This document shows positions 30,237-39,872 of a stretch of DNA of 64,000 nucleotides, one piece after another; the first letter of the stretch is position 1, and every line of letters begins with the position of its first letter. Source of the DNA: Acidimicrobiales bacterium (GTDB lineage: Bacteria; Actinomycetota; Acidimicrobiia; Acidimicrobiales; SZUA-35). A program made the position numbers and the translations under genes. The stretch covers positions 213,704-277,703 of the forward strand of contig JANQPB010000014.1 of the NCBI GenBank assembly GCA_028285495.1, given 5' to 3'. Under the pieces are notes generated by a model, which saw only the letters and a list, made by a program, of their open reading frames with translations, ran no database searches and was not told the DNA's origin.

Positions 30237-31318
30237 AGCTGGGCCATCCTGGCGCGCCGAACGAGAATGATGAACGCCGGCCCACCGATGGCAGCGGTCA
30301 TGATCCCGACCTGGATCTCCGACGGACGGGCGGCGACCCGCCCAAGCGTGTCGCAGAACAGCAACAGCGCTGCACCGAGGAGGGCTGACGTCGGCAGCAA
30401 CCATCGCTGATCGGGACCGAACCATGCCCGGGCGACGTGGGGCACGACGAGGCCAACGAATCCGATCGGCCCCGCAACCGCCACCGCACCACCACAGAGC
30501 AGGGTGACCGCCACGAGGCTCATGGTGCGGGTCGTTCCGATCCTGGTGCCCAACGCCCGGGCGGTGTCATCCCCGAGGGCAACCGCATTCAACTGGCGGG
30601 CCACGCCGAACGCCAACAACAACCCGACCGCGATGATCGGAGCGACGTGCCATGCCACGTCGTCATCGCGGCCCTCGAGTGACCCCACAGCCCAGAACCG
30701 GAACGCGTCCAGCGTCTGTTGATCCAGGAGCACCACCGCGCTGGTCCATGCCCCCAACAACGCCGACAAGGCGGCGCCGGCCAACGCCAAGCGGACCGGT
30801 GTCGCCCCGCCCCGACCCGCCGTCCCCAGCAGGTAGACCACGACCGATGCGACGGCCGCCCCGGCGAACGCGAACCATGCGAGCACCAACACGTTCGACG
30901 TGCCCAGCCACCAGATCCCAGAGACCACAGCGAACGCCGCTCCGGCATTGACTCCCAAGATTCCCGGACCGGCGAGGGGGTTGCGGGTGACACCCTGCAT
31001 CAACGCCCCCGCCGCACCCAATGCCACGCCGACCGCCACTCCCAGGAGTGTGCGCGGCAACCGCAGCTCACGAACGATCACGTGGTCCGAGCTCGACGCG
31101 TCGTGGCTCGCCAAGGCGTCGAACACCGTCCCCCAGGCGATCGGCTTCGTCCCTACCGCCAACGACAGAAGGGCCCCGAGGCCAACTGCGGCCAGCAACG
31201 CAATGGCCCCGATCGTTCGCCGGACGAACGTGTCCCGGGCGACCCGGCTGTCTCGGTCACCAGCTGCATCGTCTCGATCATCGGCGAGTCCGATAGATGA
31301 GTCCGGCGTCGACCTCAT
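30233..31318 (-). CDS. FecCD-family iron-chelate ABC permease (FepD-like)
   Basis: LRLPRT, TRNPLAGPGILGVNAGA, GPIGFVGLVVPH. Confidence 0.92.
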   Translation of the reverse strand: MRSTPDSSIGLADDRDDAAGDRDSRVARDTFVRRTIGAIALLAAVGLGALLSLAVGTKPIAWGTVFDALASHDASSSDHVIVRELRLPRTLLGVAVGVALGAAGALMQGVTRNPLAGPGILGVNAGAAFAVVSGIWWLGTSNVLVLAWFAFAGAAVASVVVYLLGTAGRGGATPVRLALAGAALSALLGAWTSAVVLLDQQTLDAFRFWAVGSLEGRDDDVAWHVAPIIAVGLLLAFGVARQLNAVALGDDTARALGTRIGTTRTMSLVAVTLLCGGAVAVAGPIGFVGLVVPHVARAWFGPDQRWLLPTSALLGAALLLFCDTLGRVAARPSEIQVGIMTAAIGGPAFIILVRRARMAQL

Positions 31319-31400
31319 CCGAGCGTTCTGTGAGACCGGCCAACGCCGTGCGTGCCCACCTGGGTCGTCTCCGTTGGCGGACAGCGGTTGGCGCTCATGT

Positions 31401-32495
31401 TCATCGGGGAACGACGAACTCGTTCCAGATCTGCAGCTGGTCGTCCGGGCCGAAGGGCTCCTCGCCGTCGAGCACGATCCGACGGAGGTCGGCCAGAACT
31501 CGGAACGAGCCGACCACGTCCTCGCTCCAGCCGTACACGTAGACCTTCACCCCGTCGTCGCTCCGTAGCGGCGATTCGTTGACCGTTGGCTCGATGGTCA
31601 GGTCCGTCTCGACGATCATGAAGTCGGCGTCGTGGTCACCGAGCGTCTCCTCGGAGAGTTCGCTGATGACGCCGGTTCCCTCAACCTGCTCGACCGCTGG
31701 TCGTGCCAGTCCAACCTGTTCCAGGATCGACGGTGCGAGCCGTCCGCTCTGCGACAGGCTGATCCCGCCGGAGGTCTCCTCCAGGTACGACACGGTCGCC
31801 CCTTCGAGGCCCGCAGCGGCGATTTCGTCACGCAACTCTTCGATCGCCGAGTCGACCGAATCCTCCAACTCTGCGAGCCGATCTTCGGTGCCAGTGACCG
31901 ACGCCAGCAGGTCCAGTTGCGCCCGCCAGTCGCTGCTCAGGAAGTCCACGAGGACCGTCGGTGCGATCTCGTCGTCGATGGTGTCGCGCACCTCGACGAT
32001 CGTCGGGAAGTTGAGCCCGGCCACCAACGCCGCATCGGACTGCGACAGCTCCTCGAGGTTGGGAGTGAACGGCGCGCCGGTGAACACGTCGACGCCCTCC
32101 GCCTCCAGGATCGCGTCAACCTCACCCAACTGGAAGAAGTTGACCGCCCTGATCGGCGTCACCCCGAGCGACAGCAGGTTCACCGCGGTGTACTCGTCGA
32201 GCGCCAGGACATCATCGCTCGAAACAGGAACCGTGATCTCGCCGGTCGCGTCCACCACGGTCGCCGTGTCGCCCGGCGTCGGCTCGCCTTTCCCAGGTGC
32301 CTCCGCATCCTCAGCTGGTGGCTCCGTGTCTTCCGCCGTCGATTCCGTACCGTCCTCCTGCGCAGGGGCTGCGGTCGTCGAGGCGCCGTCCTCGTCGTCC
32401 GATCCGCAGGCAGCGAGCGCAACCGTCGCGACGAGCAGAGCAGCAGCGAGTCGCAGCGCTGAACGTGAGGAGGTCCCGAGCTTGTGCCACTGCAT
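31401..32495 (-). CDS. Iron-siderophore ABC substrate-binding lipoprotein
   Basis: Lipobox LAAC; VVDATGEITVP, PNLEEL, IAPTV. Confidence 0.85.
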   Translation of the reverse strand: MQWHKLGTSSRSALRLAAALLVATVALAACGSDDEDGASTTAAPAQEDGTESTAEDTEPPAEDAEAPGKGEPTPGDTATVVDATGEITVPVSSDDVLALDEYTAVNLLSLGVTPIRAVNFFQLGEVDAILEAEGVDVFTGAPFTPNLEELSQSDAALVAGLNFPTIVEVRDTIDDEIAPTVLVDFLSSDWRAQLDLLASVTGTEDRLAELEDSVDSAIEELRDEIAAAGLEGATVSYLEETSGGISLSQSGRLAPSILEQVGLARPAVEQVEGTGVISELSEETLGDHDADFMIVETDLTIEPTVNESPLRSDDGVKVYVYGWSEDVVGSFRVLADLRRIVLDGEEPFGPDDQLQIWNEFVVPR

Positions 32496-32533
32496 TGGTG
32501 CGTCCCTTTCGCCGAGGATCGTCCGAGCTCGCG

Positions 32534-32589
32534 TGAGACTCGTTCTCAGGAGCTCAGGCTACACACTTTACGGTTCAGAACCGGAAAGT
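32534..32589. promoter_or_regulatory. Fur-box-like 7-1-7 palindrome plus a 25-bp palindrome (probable TetR operator)
   Basis: TGAGACTCGTTCTCA at 32534-32548; ACTTTaCGGTTC-A-GAACCGgAAAGT at 32565-32589. Confidence 0.6.
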
Positions 32590-32612
32590 CCCTCGCGTAT
32601 GATGAGCGGGTA

Positions 32613-33248
32613 GTGAACAGTCAGACCAAGACGTCGCCGATCGGACGACCGCCAGCGGCATCAGTCGACGACATCGTCGACGCCGCCCTCGCCGTCGGTC
32701 TTCCAGGGCTCACCATGGACGCGGTCGCGGACCACCTCGGTATCGGGCAAGCAACCCTCTACAACTACGTCGCCAGCAAGCACTCCCTGATCGGAGCCGT
32801 CGCCGTGCGATTGATGAGCGAACTGGCCATCCCAGTCGACCCGCAGTCCGACCTCCGCTCCCAACTCTTCGACTTCGGGATTCGCCTACACAACCTGCTC
32901 CAGGAAGTTCCGGGCTTCGCCAATGCGCTGACCGAACAAGTCGGTGACCCGGCGATGCTCGAGATCGAAGACCGCTGCTACGCGGCGCTCATGACCTACG
33001 GAATCGACGCCCCGACCGCCGTCGTCCTCGGCGCCGACATCTTCTGTTTCGTGCTCGCCGCCAACACCTTGGCCTTCGGCGACACCCCCGAGGAGCAACC
33101 TCCACCCGAGGTGATCGCAGCCGCCGCTACCACCTTGGCCGCAACCACCGCCCGACAACGCTTCGAATGGACACTCGCCGCCCACCTCGATGGGATCATC
33201 GCCGCTATCGAACGAGGATCCCGGCCCTGGCCGTCAGACCAACCTTGA
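32613..33248 (+). CDS. TetR-family transcriptional regulator
   Basis: LTMDAVADHLGIGQATLYNYVASK HTH. Confidence 0.88.
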   Translation: MNSQTKTSPIGRPPAASVDDIVDAALAVGLPGLTMDAVADHLGIGQATLYNYVASKHSLIGAVAVRLMSELAIPVDPQSDLRSQLFDFGIRLHNLLQEVPGFANALTEQVGDPAMLEIEDRCYAALMTYGIDAPTAVVLGADIFCFVLAANTLAFGDTPEEQPPPEVIAAAATTLAATTARQRFEWTLAAHLDGIIAAIERGSRPWPSDQP

Positions 33249-33575
33249 GAACGCGCCCGCGGCTGACCATCGGCCGCCCTGGCACAGCCAAGCGCATGCG
33301 GACCAGCGCATCGCACGACCACAGACAACGCGACATCGCTCGACTCGCAACCCATGCCGTACCCGGTCTACGTCCGGCGATCGCATCGGGTCATGCCATG
33401 GGCCGGAGCCAAGTGGATCTCACCAGCCGCCCCGATAGTGCTCGCCCCGGCTCCCCAGCACCACAACTCACCGGCTCGTCAGGCGTGCGGCATGTCAACA
33501 GCGGGCTGGCGTCGTTGGCCACCGGCCGTGGCTGCCTGATCAGCCCGGAACCGGCTGTGCGACCTGGGTTGGTCG

Positions 33576-34185
33576 CTACGGCAGTCGAGCCGGCTCGACC
33601 CCGTCGAACTGGATCCGGCCGAGGAACCACAGCCATTGCCGTGTCCGATCTGCTGATGCCACCGGACGGGGCAACACTTGGGACCCGTGCGACGTCGCCG
33701 CCCACCAACGCCAGAGGACCTCGAGATCCCGGCTCACGAAGTCGGTCGGGACGTCATCGAACTCGTAGCCGAGACCAAGGTCCACCCGGTGCACCTCGAC
33801 TTCGCGCTGACGAGCGTTCGGTAGGCCGCTGGCTGGCTGTGTGCCCATGAGCATCGGCGCTGGCCGGTCCCAGTCGGAAGTCTCAGCGAAGGTAGCAGCG
33901 AGCCGAGCACACGAAGCGTCGACATCGTCGACCAGCGCCCGCCAACCGCGATCGGCCCCTTGGTCGATGTCGGCGTTCCGTTACTCCCATCCACCCTCGT
34001 ACTGCGCTCGGCCCAGAAGGAGCGACCGATAGCTGCCGGCATTGCGTGCCAGGCGCGTCAGAACGTGTCCGGACTGTCCAGCCATCGAGCCTCGACGGTT
34101 GATTGCCAGCCACGCAGTCCAAGGTCCCGAGATGCTCGACGAGAGCCAACTGGGCAGCGACGCAAGCCTCCACGCGATCTTCGAC
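33576..34185 (-). pseudogene. Maleylpyruvate isomerase-family (mycothiol-dependent) enzyme, disrupted
   Basis: PSRLDGWTV / GHVLTRLARNA...QYEGG [TAA at 33981-33983] RNADI...REVEVHRVDLGLGY; frameshift near 34070; 5' end approximate. Confidence 0.75.
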
Positions 34186-34417
34186 GTTCGAGCTACCCGA
34201 AGTCGTTGACCGGCTGTACGACCGGTGCCACGCAGCACGGCACTGTTCGATCGCAAAGGAATCCAGCGATTGGGGATTGGGCGTCGCTCGCCACGTACAA
34301 CGACGGCCAGACGCTCGTTCGCTTGGCGTCGGTGGGATGTCGAAGGCGGCGCCCACCAATACATGACGAGGCCACGGTCGAACCTAGGAGCGCTCATCGC
34401 ACCCTCGGTCGCCACGC

Positions 34418-34855
34418 TCACGAATGTCCGCGGCGAGCACCCCCGGTCGCCAGCGTCGCCGGATGACGATCAGCCAATACAGGTCGGGAGAGACGAACGG
34501 TCCGACACCGATCGAACTCAGTGGCCTCGACGAGCGCCAGAGACACAAGTCCCGGCACCAGCGGATCTAGGCGCCGCCACAGATGACGGACGATCTCTTC
34601 GACCGTTGGCTCCCGCTCCCAGACCACAGGCCGGTACCCCTTCCAGACACCGCCGCCCTCGTGCGTGAGGTAGCACCCCGCCCAGGGTCTCACCGCGTCC
34701 TGGAGGATCTGCTCGAGCTCGTCGGCGGGAAAGACCCTGTCACAGTCCACTGAGCCCTCGACCGTCGCTTCGACCGTCCATGCATGCGTATGGACCAGGC
34801 CATCGACTTGATGACCCCACCGAGCCTGTATGGACGCAGTAATCGTGAGTTGCAT
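34418..34855 (-). CDS. 6-pyruvoyl-tetrahydropterin synthase / QueD-like T-fold protein
   Basis: GH....HTH.W.VE..V.G and PTVEEI motifs; AGGAAGAGG RBS upstream. Confidence 0.65.
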   Translation of the reverse strand: MQLTITASIQARWGHQVDGLVHTHAWTVEATVEGSVDCDRVFPADELEQILQDAVRPWAGCYLTHEGGGVWKGYRPVVWEREPTVEEIVRHLWRRLDPLVPGLVSLALVEATEFDRCRTVRLSRPVLADRHPATLATGGARRGHS

Positions 34856-35452
34856 TGCCTCTTCCTTTCCAGCCCGAACGCCGGCAGTACCTCCAGGTCA
34901 GTCCGACCGATGCACCCGAGCGGTCACATCGTGCCCAACTTCTCACCACGGCCCTACCGTGGCAAACCGTCTTCTGAGACGGCAGCGCACAACACCGAAA
35001 CAGCCGCTGATGGTGCATACCGGTACGAGTCGCGTAGGCAGCGAGGTCGGCGTCCGTGCCTTGGCCGTCACCGACGGCGGCAACGAGGCGGACGTCGAGC
35101 TAGCAACGCTCGACCACTGCGGTTGGTTGTGTTCCCGAGCGCTCAACGGAACTCGATCTCGGGCAGATGATCTGCCAGGAGCGTCTCGTAAGCGATCGGG
35201 GCATCTCGGCCGACGCCGGCGAGGTCGAGCGCGTCGATGGCGACGAGCATGAAGTCTTCGCCGGGGAACGTGTGATGCGGGATGTGGAGCTCGCCGGCAG
35301 CGGCGATCAGAGCCTTGATGCCGCCACTGTCGTCCGCCAGCCAGCCGAGGAGGAGTTGTCTGGCTTCGTCGCGGTCGTCGTCGGTGATCTCCCGGCGTTC
35401 AATGTGGCCAAACGTAACGCCGCTGCGGATGCGGTGCCGGTCAAGGTTGGGG

Positions 35453-35950
35453 TCATGGCGCAGCGGCGATGAAGGTGGCGACCACGTAGGTGGCGTGCCG
35501 GTCGAGGGAGTAGCGGGCTCGGTCGTAGCGCATCGTGGTCCGAGGATCGGAGTGGCTGGCCGCTGCGTCCTGGACGTCTCGAAGCGCAACGCCGGCGTCG
35601 AGCGCTGCGGTGATGAAGCCATCGCTTGACGATCCCTGCTCGGCGGGGCGATCCGTTTCACGGCCCGGCCCCGCAGCGTGGCGGTCCATCCGTTGGCCCT
35701 CAGCGCCGAGGAAGACCGGGCCGGCAGTTCGTTCGCCGACATGGAGCCGGATCGCTCGAGCGGTTCGACGGGCGAGCGGGATGAGAGCGCCCTTGTCGCC
35801 CTTGCGGACGATCCGGCGTGTGATGGCCTCGTTGGAACCCGAGGTCGTCGATGTCGGCGTTCAACGCTTCGGACACCCGGAGTCCACTGAGCGCCAACCG
35901 GAAGGCGAGGGCGCGTTCTCGGTGGGACCGGACCGGATCGCCCCCGAGGA
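35453..35950 (-). pseudogene. Tyrosine recombinase/integrase remnant
   Basis: LSGLRVSEAL and FITAALDAGVALRDVQ.AA.HSDPRTTMRYDR in different frames; extent approximate. Confidence 0.8.
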
Positions 35951-36231
35951 GCAGCCTGCATCATCCGGGAGCCGAGCGATGAGCCATAACCCACGCCCAC
36001 AGGCGACCTTCGGCGACCCCCACTGGACGCAGACCCCAGTGAATCGGCCAGTCCCGACCCATAGCGACTCGTACCTTCCCGCCTGCTGAGGAGGCGCACT
36101 CGCCCAGAGAAACGGGCAAGCAGAAGCATGAAAGCCACCCCCTCCGCAAACCAGATTCCAGAGGTAGTCCGCACTTGACCGGCGGCGCCAACAACCCGCA
36201 GTTGAAGCAGACGAACCGTCGGATGACCAAG

Positions 36232-37059
36232 TCACTCCTCAACCCGGCACGACGGGAGCCGTCCGTTGTCGCCTAGCAGCGCCCCGTCACACAGTTCATC
36301 TTCGGTGATCAAGGCCGACGTGAAGTCGGCACCAGTGAAGTCTGTACCCCGAGCCCGAACCCCGAGCAAGTTCGATGCGAAGAAGTCGACGTCATGGAGG
36401 TCTAGCCTTGACAGGTCCAGCCGACGCAGGTCCGATCCGCTGAGGTCTATCTGGCGTCCATCAAACGCACCGGCTCGGCCAATTACCTGGATTGCGGCCT
36501 GAACCGAGGCTGCGACCTCGGGTTCACCTCGAGAACCTCTCGGCCATGGTGAGCGTGTCCGAATGAACAACGTCAGCGATTCGACAACTTCGGGGTAGTG
36601 CTGGGAGTCCCGTTCGGCGACAGCTTCGAGCGCGTATATTCCGCGAATCACCGTGGCCTCGTCATCTGAGGAAAGCAGCGCGGTTGCTTCGGACAATCGC
36701 TGGTTGAGCCTGTCATCGACATCACTTCGATACTCCATCCAGGCAATCAGACCTGTCAACATCGCCATCATAAATAGGCCAATTGCCAGAATCGAGTGCC
36801 GGTACTTGAAGGCGATCTCCCAGGCCTCAACGGTAGGATCATCTTCGTCGAAGTTCTGCTTGCGGAACGCCCGAAGGCCCAGAACTGCAACCCCCAAAGC
36901 TACTACAACACCTAGGCCAACCAACGGTGCAATGATCAGCAAGACTTGGTCGCCGACGAGGAGACCTCCTGCTAGCAAAACCACACCAAACAGGGCGAGC
37001 ATCGCGATCAGGAGGGACGAGGAACCCAATACCCGCCAGTAGAGTGTGCTTATGCGCAT
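36232..37059 (-). CDS. Membrane protein with C-terminal pentapeptide repeats
   Basis: Three TM segments, RGIYALEAVA helix, DLSGSDLRRLDLSRLDL...DFTGADFTSA. Confidence 0.78.
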   Translation of the reverse strand: MRISTLYWRVLGSSSLLIAMLALFGVVLLAGGLLVGDQVLLIIAPLVGLGVVVALGVAVLGLRAFRKQNFDEDDPTVEAWEIAFKYRHSILAIGLFMMAMLTGLIAWMEYRSDVDDRLNQRLSEATALLSSDDEATVIRGIYALEAVAERDSQHYPEVVESLTLFIRTRSPWPRGSRGEPEVAASVQAAIQVIGRAGAFDGRQIDLSGSDLRRLDLSRLDLHDVDFFASNLLGVRARGTDFTGADFTSALITEDELCDGALLGDNGRLPSCRVEE

Positions 37060-38135
37060 TAGCAGCCCATAGCGGATTGCAACACCGAGGCGTTCTCAAC
37101 CAAGGCAGGCCCGAAGTCAACGAGCTCAGTTTGACCGTCAGCGGCGAGCCACGGAGGAGAGCCCTCGAGTGACAGAAGGTAGTCAGGCACCCCATCCAGC
37201 GCGTCCGTAGCAGCAGCGAAGCCGTTGAGTTCACTCGTCTGCTGCGTGGTATCTCCGGAGTAGAAGAAGGCGAGCGTTCTATTGTCGTCCTGAAGCAGCT
37301 CCAGCTCTCGAATCCGATCCCGCTCGTCAGATTCATCTAGGCGTCCACCACCAGGCTTGGTCACGGCGAACTGGACTAGTTCATATCGATCCGCCAGATA
37401 CCCATAAGAAGGATGCTCGGGCACGATTACGCCATCTACACAACCGGACAGGTGGGCAGACATCTGAGCACTCGCAGATTGCAGCTCGGCCAGTACGCCG
37501 GCTAACCCGTCCTGGAGATCGCTCTCGTATTCTTCCCTCGTCGTTTCTCGCCTGATGCTCTGAGCACCGTCGAATCTGTACGCACCGCGCAGACGTTCGG
37601 CTACCCACTCCGCAGCAACCTGAGTTCGGTCGGGATCCAACCAAAAGTGCGGATCCACTGCAGCAGTGCCCGGATCACCCCACTCTATCGGCTCACCATT
37701 CGTGTCAAGCCAAGCGAGATCAACGTCTCGAGTGATGTCAGCGATCGTCGGATCATTCGCCAAACGGGCCTCGGATTCCGGAGTGAAGACACCTACAAAT
37801 AGCTGTAGATCGGCGTCGCCCCCTTCGCCCTCGTGATCTTCTTCGCCCTCGTGACCCTCTTCGCTCCCGTGACCTTCTTCGTCCTCGTGAACTTCTTCGC
37901 CCTCGTGACCCTCGTCCTCGGCGATCTCACCGTGACTATGACCAAGCAGCGCCACCTCGACGTACTCGCCACCAATCCGCTCTACAAGCCACTGAAGAGC
38001 ATAGACATTTACATCGACATGTATCGATTCATGCTCGTCGTCAGCTGGCTCGCCCTGTTCCGAACCAACACAGGCAGCGGCCACAGCGCAGACCAGTAGC
38101 ATCGTGAGACCACGTTTTCCCAGGGCGAAGTGCAT
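37059..38135 (-). CDS. Cluster A-I metal (ZnuA-like) substrate-binding lipoprotein with His/Glu-rich loop
   Basis: AAAC lipobox, VERIGG, DPHFWLDP, HPSYGYLADRY; start uncertain (38102-38201). Confidence 0.8.
   Translation of the reverse strand: MHFALGKRGLTMLLVCAVAAACVGSEQGEPADDEHESIHVDVNVYALQWLVERIGGEYVEVALLGHSHGEIAEDEGHEGEEVHEDEEGHGSEEGHEGEEDHEGEGGDADLQLFVGVFTPESEARLANDPTIADITRDVDLAWLDTNGEPIEWGDPGTAAVDPHFWLDPDRTQVAAEWVAERLRGAYRFDGAQSIRRETTREEYESDLQDGLAGVLAELQSASAQMSAHLSGCVDGVIVPEHPSYGYLADRYELVQFAVTKPGGGRLDESDERDRIRELELLQDDNRTLAFFYSGDTTQQTSELNGFAAATDALDGVPDYLLSLEGSPPWLAADGQTELVDFGPALVENASVLQSAMGC
37823..37918 (-). repeat. 18-nt tandem repeats encoding (E/D)xHEGE-like units
   Basis: Degenerate CTTCGCCCTCGTGACCCT units encoding DEGHEGEEVHEDEEGHGSEEGHEGEEDHEGE. 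Confidence 0.75.
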
Positions 38136-38549
38136 CCTTGCCTTCCTAAGGCGAGAGCGGGTCGAGGAAGTGACTTTGGGTGGGGATGGCACCCCGCCCA
38201 ACTAAGGACGATATCGCGGCTTATCGAACCGGGGTAGTAGTTGGCATAGAGGTCGCTCACCTCATCAGTCCGAGGCAGTCGTTCGGTCGGTCTCCAGATT
38301 GAGGAGTGGATCTACAACCAGGAGAGACTGCAGCGCCTCCTTTCAAGGCGCTATTTGCGCTCCTCTGCTCATCGCCCGCGGCAGGCCGGACCGGACCGCT
38401 GCCGACACGGGTGACGACAAGGTCACAGCTATCGACGGTCACCAGCGAGCAACACGGGCCCGCAACACCACCCACAGGAGCGGCACCCAGGCGCAGGAGT
38501 GCGCAGGGAGCGACGCCGTACACCGTGTAGTTCAGTGTCCCCGATTTCG

Positions 38550-38640
38550 ACGGACCAGAAGGTGAGCGCGCTCGTCAGGGAGCGCGTGGTCGGCCTCCTG
38601 GGCGACCGACCACCACCCGCTGAGTGACAAACTGCGTGAC
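38550..38640 (+). repeat. att-like direct repeat, copy 2, preceded by degenerate tRNA 3' half
   Basis: ACGGAcCAGAAGGT-GAGCGCGCT (tRNA 3' half with T-arm missing) followed by the same TGGGCGACCGACCACCACCCGCTGAGTGACA block. Confidence 0.8.
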
Positions 38641-38715
38641 TGGAGAGCTGCGAGGGGCTTGCGGCTCGCCGGTTGACCCAACCCGAGGCACTGTCGCCAT
38701 CCGTCCAGTGGGGCC

Positions 38716-38952
38716 TCAGCAAGCGCATACCGTCAGAGGGTCGGAGGCGTCCATTGCGCTGCCGCCGGTCTGGATGACGGGGAGGATCTGGTGGAGGTAG
38801 ACGACGGTCTCGGTGGTCGAGGTGCCGCTGTGGCCGACGAGCTCGGCGATCTCCTCGATCGGGACACCATGGTCCGAGAGCGTCGAAACGAAGGAGTGTC
38901 GGAGCTCTCGGGGCGTCCAGTCGACCGGATCGATCTCGGGGATTCCGGCCAA
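38716..38952 (-). pseudogene. Tyrosine integrase C-terminal fragment
   Basis: WTPRELRHSFVS..GVPIEEIAELVGHSGTSTTE.VY.H. Confidence 0.82.
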
Positions 38953-39023
38953 GGCTCCGCGGAGGTCCTTGCGGACGTTGGAGGCATCCCAACTCGATAC
39001 CCAGGCTGCTCGGGAGCACGAGA

Positions 39024-39395
39024 TCAGTCGCCATCGGCGTCGTCGATTGTGCTCGCCGCTACTCCGAGAACGCCGGCCGCCACGGTGGCGATGGTGGTCC
39101 GGTGGGCCCGGCCGTGGGGGAACGTGCCGCAGCGGACCGCCACCGTACCGTCGTCGGCGACCTCGACACAGCCCTGCTCGCCGCTGGCGTCGACGACCGA
39201 GACGTAGCTGGCGAACCCGATGCCGACTGCGGTCAGGTCGTCGCGGCTACGACGATCGGCCTCTTCGGCCCGCACGTCGTCGAAGCCGATCAGGTCGGCC
39301 GCCCGGTCGAGGGCCGCGGTGGAGTCGCCGCCCCCGTAGGTGAGACCGGTCGGTGTCGTGTCGGGCAGCTCGACCCCGGCGATCAGGTTGCGGCG
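39024..39395 (-). pseudogene. Xanthine dehydrogenase/CoxL-family molybdopterin subunit internal fragment
   Basis: RRNLI..LP..TPTGLTY..GD, GIGFASYV, DGTV.V..GT.PHG..H.T. Confidence 0.72.
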
Positions 39396-39872
39396 CGATG
39401 CTGACGGGCGCCGGTGCATTCACGCTGAGATCGCCATCGACGCCCGACCAGCAGACGTACGGGCCGCCACGAGTGACTTCTCGACCATGAAGAGCGTGGG
39501 CATCGACCGCTGTCCAGAACGTCGACCCTTTTCTTCGGTGGCCAACCGGTCAAGGTCGAGTTCGAGCAGGACCCCGGGCTCATGAGCTCCAACGCACCCC
39601 CACCATCTCCAAGGGGCGCCTCGTTCGGCTTTGTCCGGACCGTACGCTCCCGGCCTGGCCGATCATCACTTCGGTCGTTGAGGCGCGACCCAGCGCCAGG
39701 GCGCGCCCCAGGGACTCCCCATTGCCGCGTGTGGGTAGCGGGGAGCGCGGCATCGCCCATCGCATGCCTGCACCGTAGGCGAATCGTCTATTCCCAGTCG
39801 GGGTGGTCGGCACCTCGAGCCCGTGCCCGTGCTGGTGGCCCAGCAACGACGTTGGCCAGGACCGACGGCAAG

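Larger units (their letters stand above)
26685..38640. mobile_element. Decayed tRNA-Arg-anchored genomic island (more island DNA may extend past 39400)
   Basis: Flanking degenerate direct repeat, integrase and ImmA remnants, several pseudogenes, visibly weaker GC3 bias. Confidence 0.75.

Noticed and set aside
33981-33983. In-frame stop in the maleylpyruvate-isomerase-like gene as a second recoding site
   Set aside because: The stop is TAA rather than TGA, is not at a Cys position, and the gene also has a frameshift; simple pseudogene.
34856-35140. Possible preQ1 or other riboswitch upstream of the QueD-like gene
   Set aside because: No recognisable riboswitch consensus; an Rfam/Infernal scan would be needed.
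35143-35420. Protein-like fragment on the - strand ending in TGA
   Set aside because: No recognisable family, no clear start and no convincing continuation or SECIS-like hairpin; left uncalled.
35961-36242. Cys-rich small ORF downstream of the pentapeptide gene
   Set aside because: Atypical codon usage and no family motif; insufficient support.
37823-37918. Tandem repeats as a possible CRISPR array
   Set aside because: 18-nt in-frame coding repeats without spacers; no cas genes in the window.
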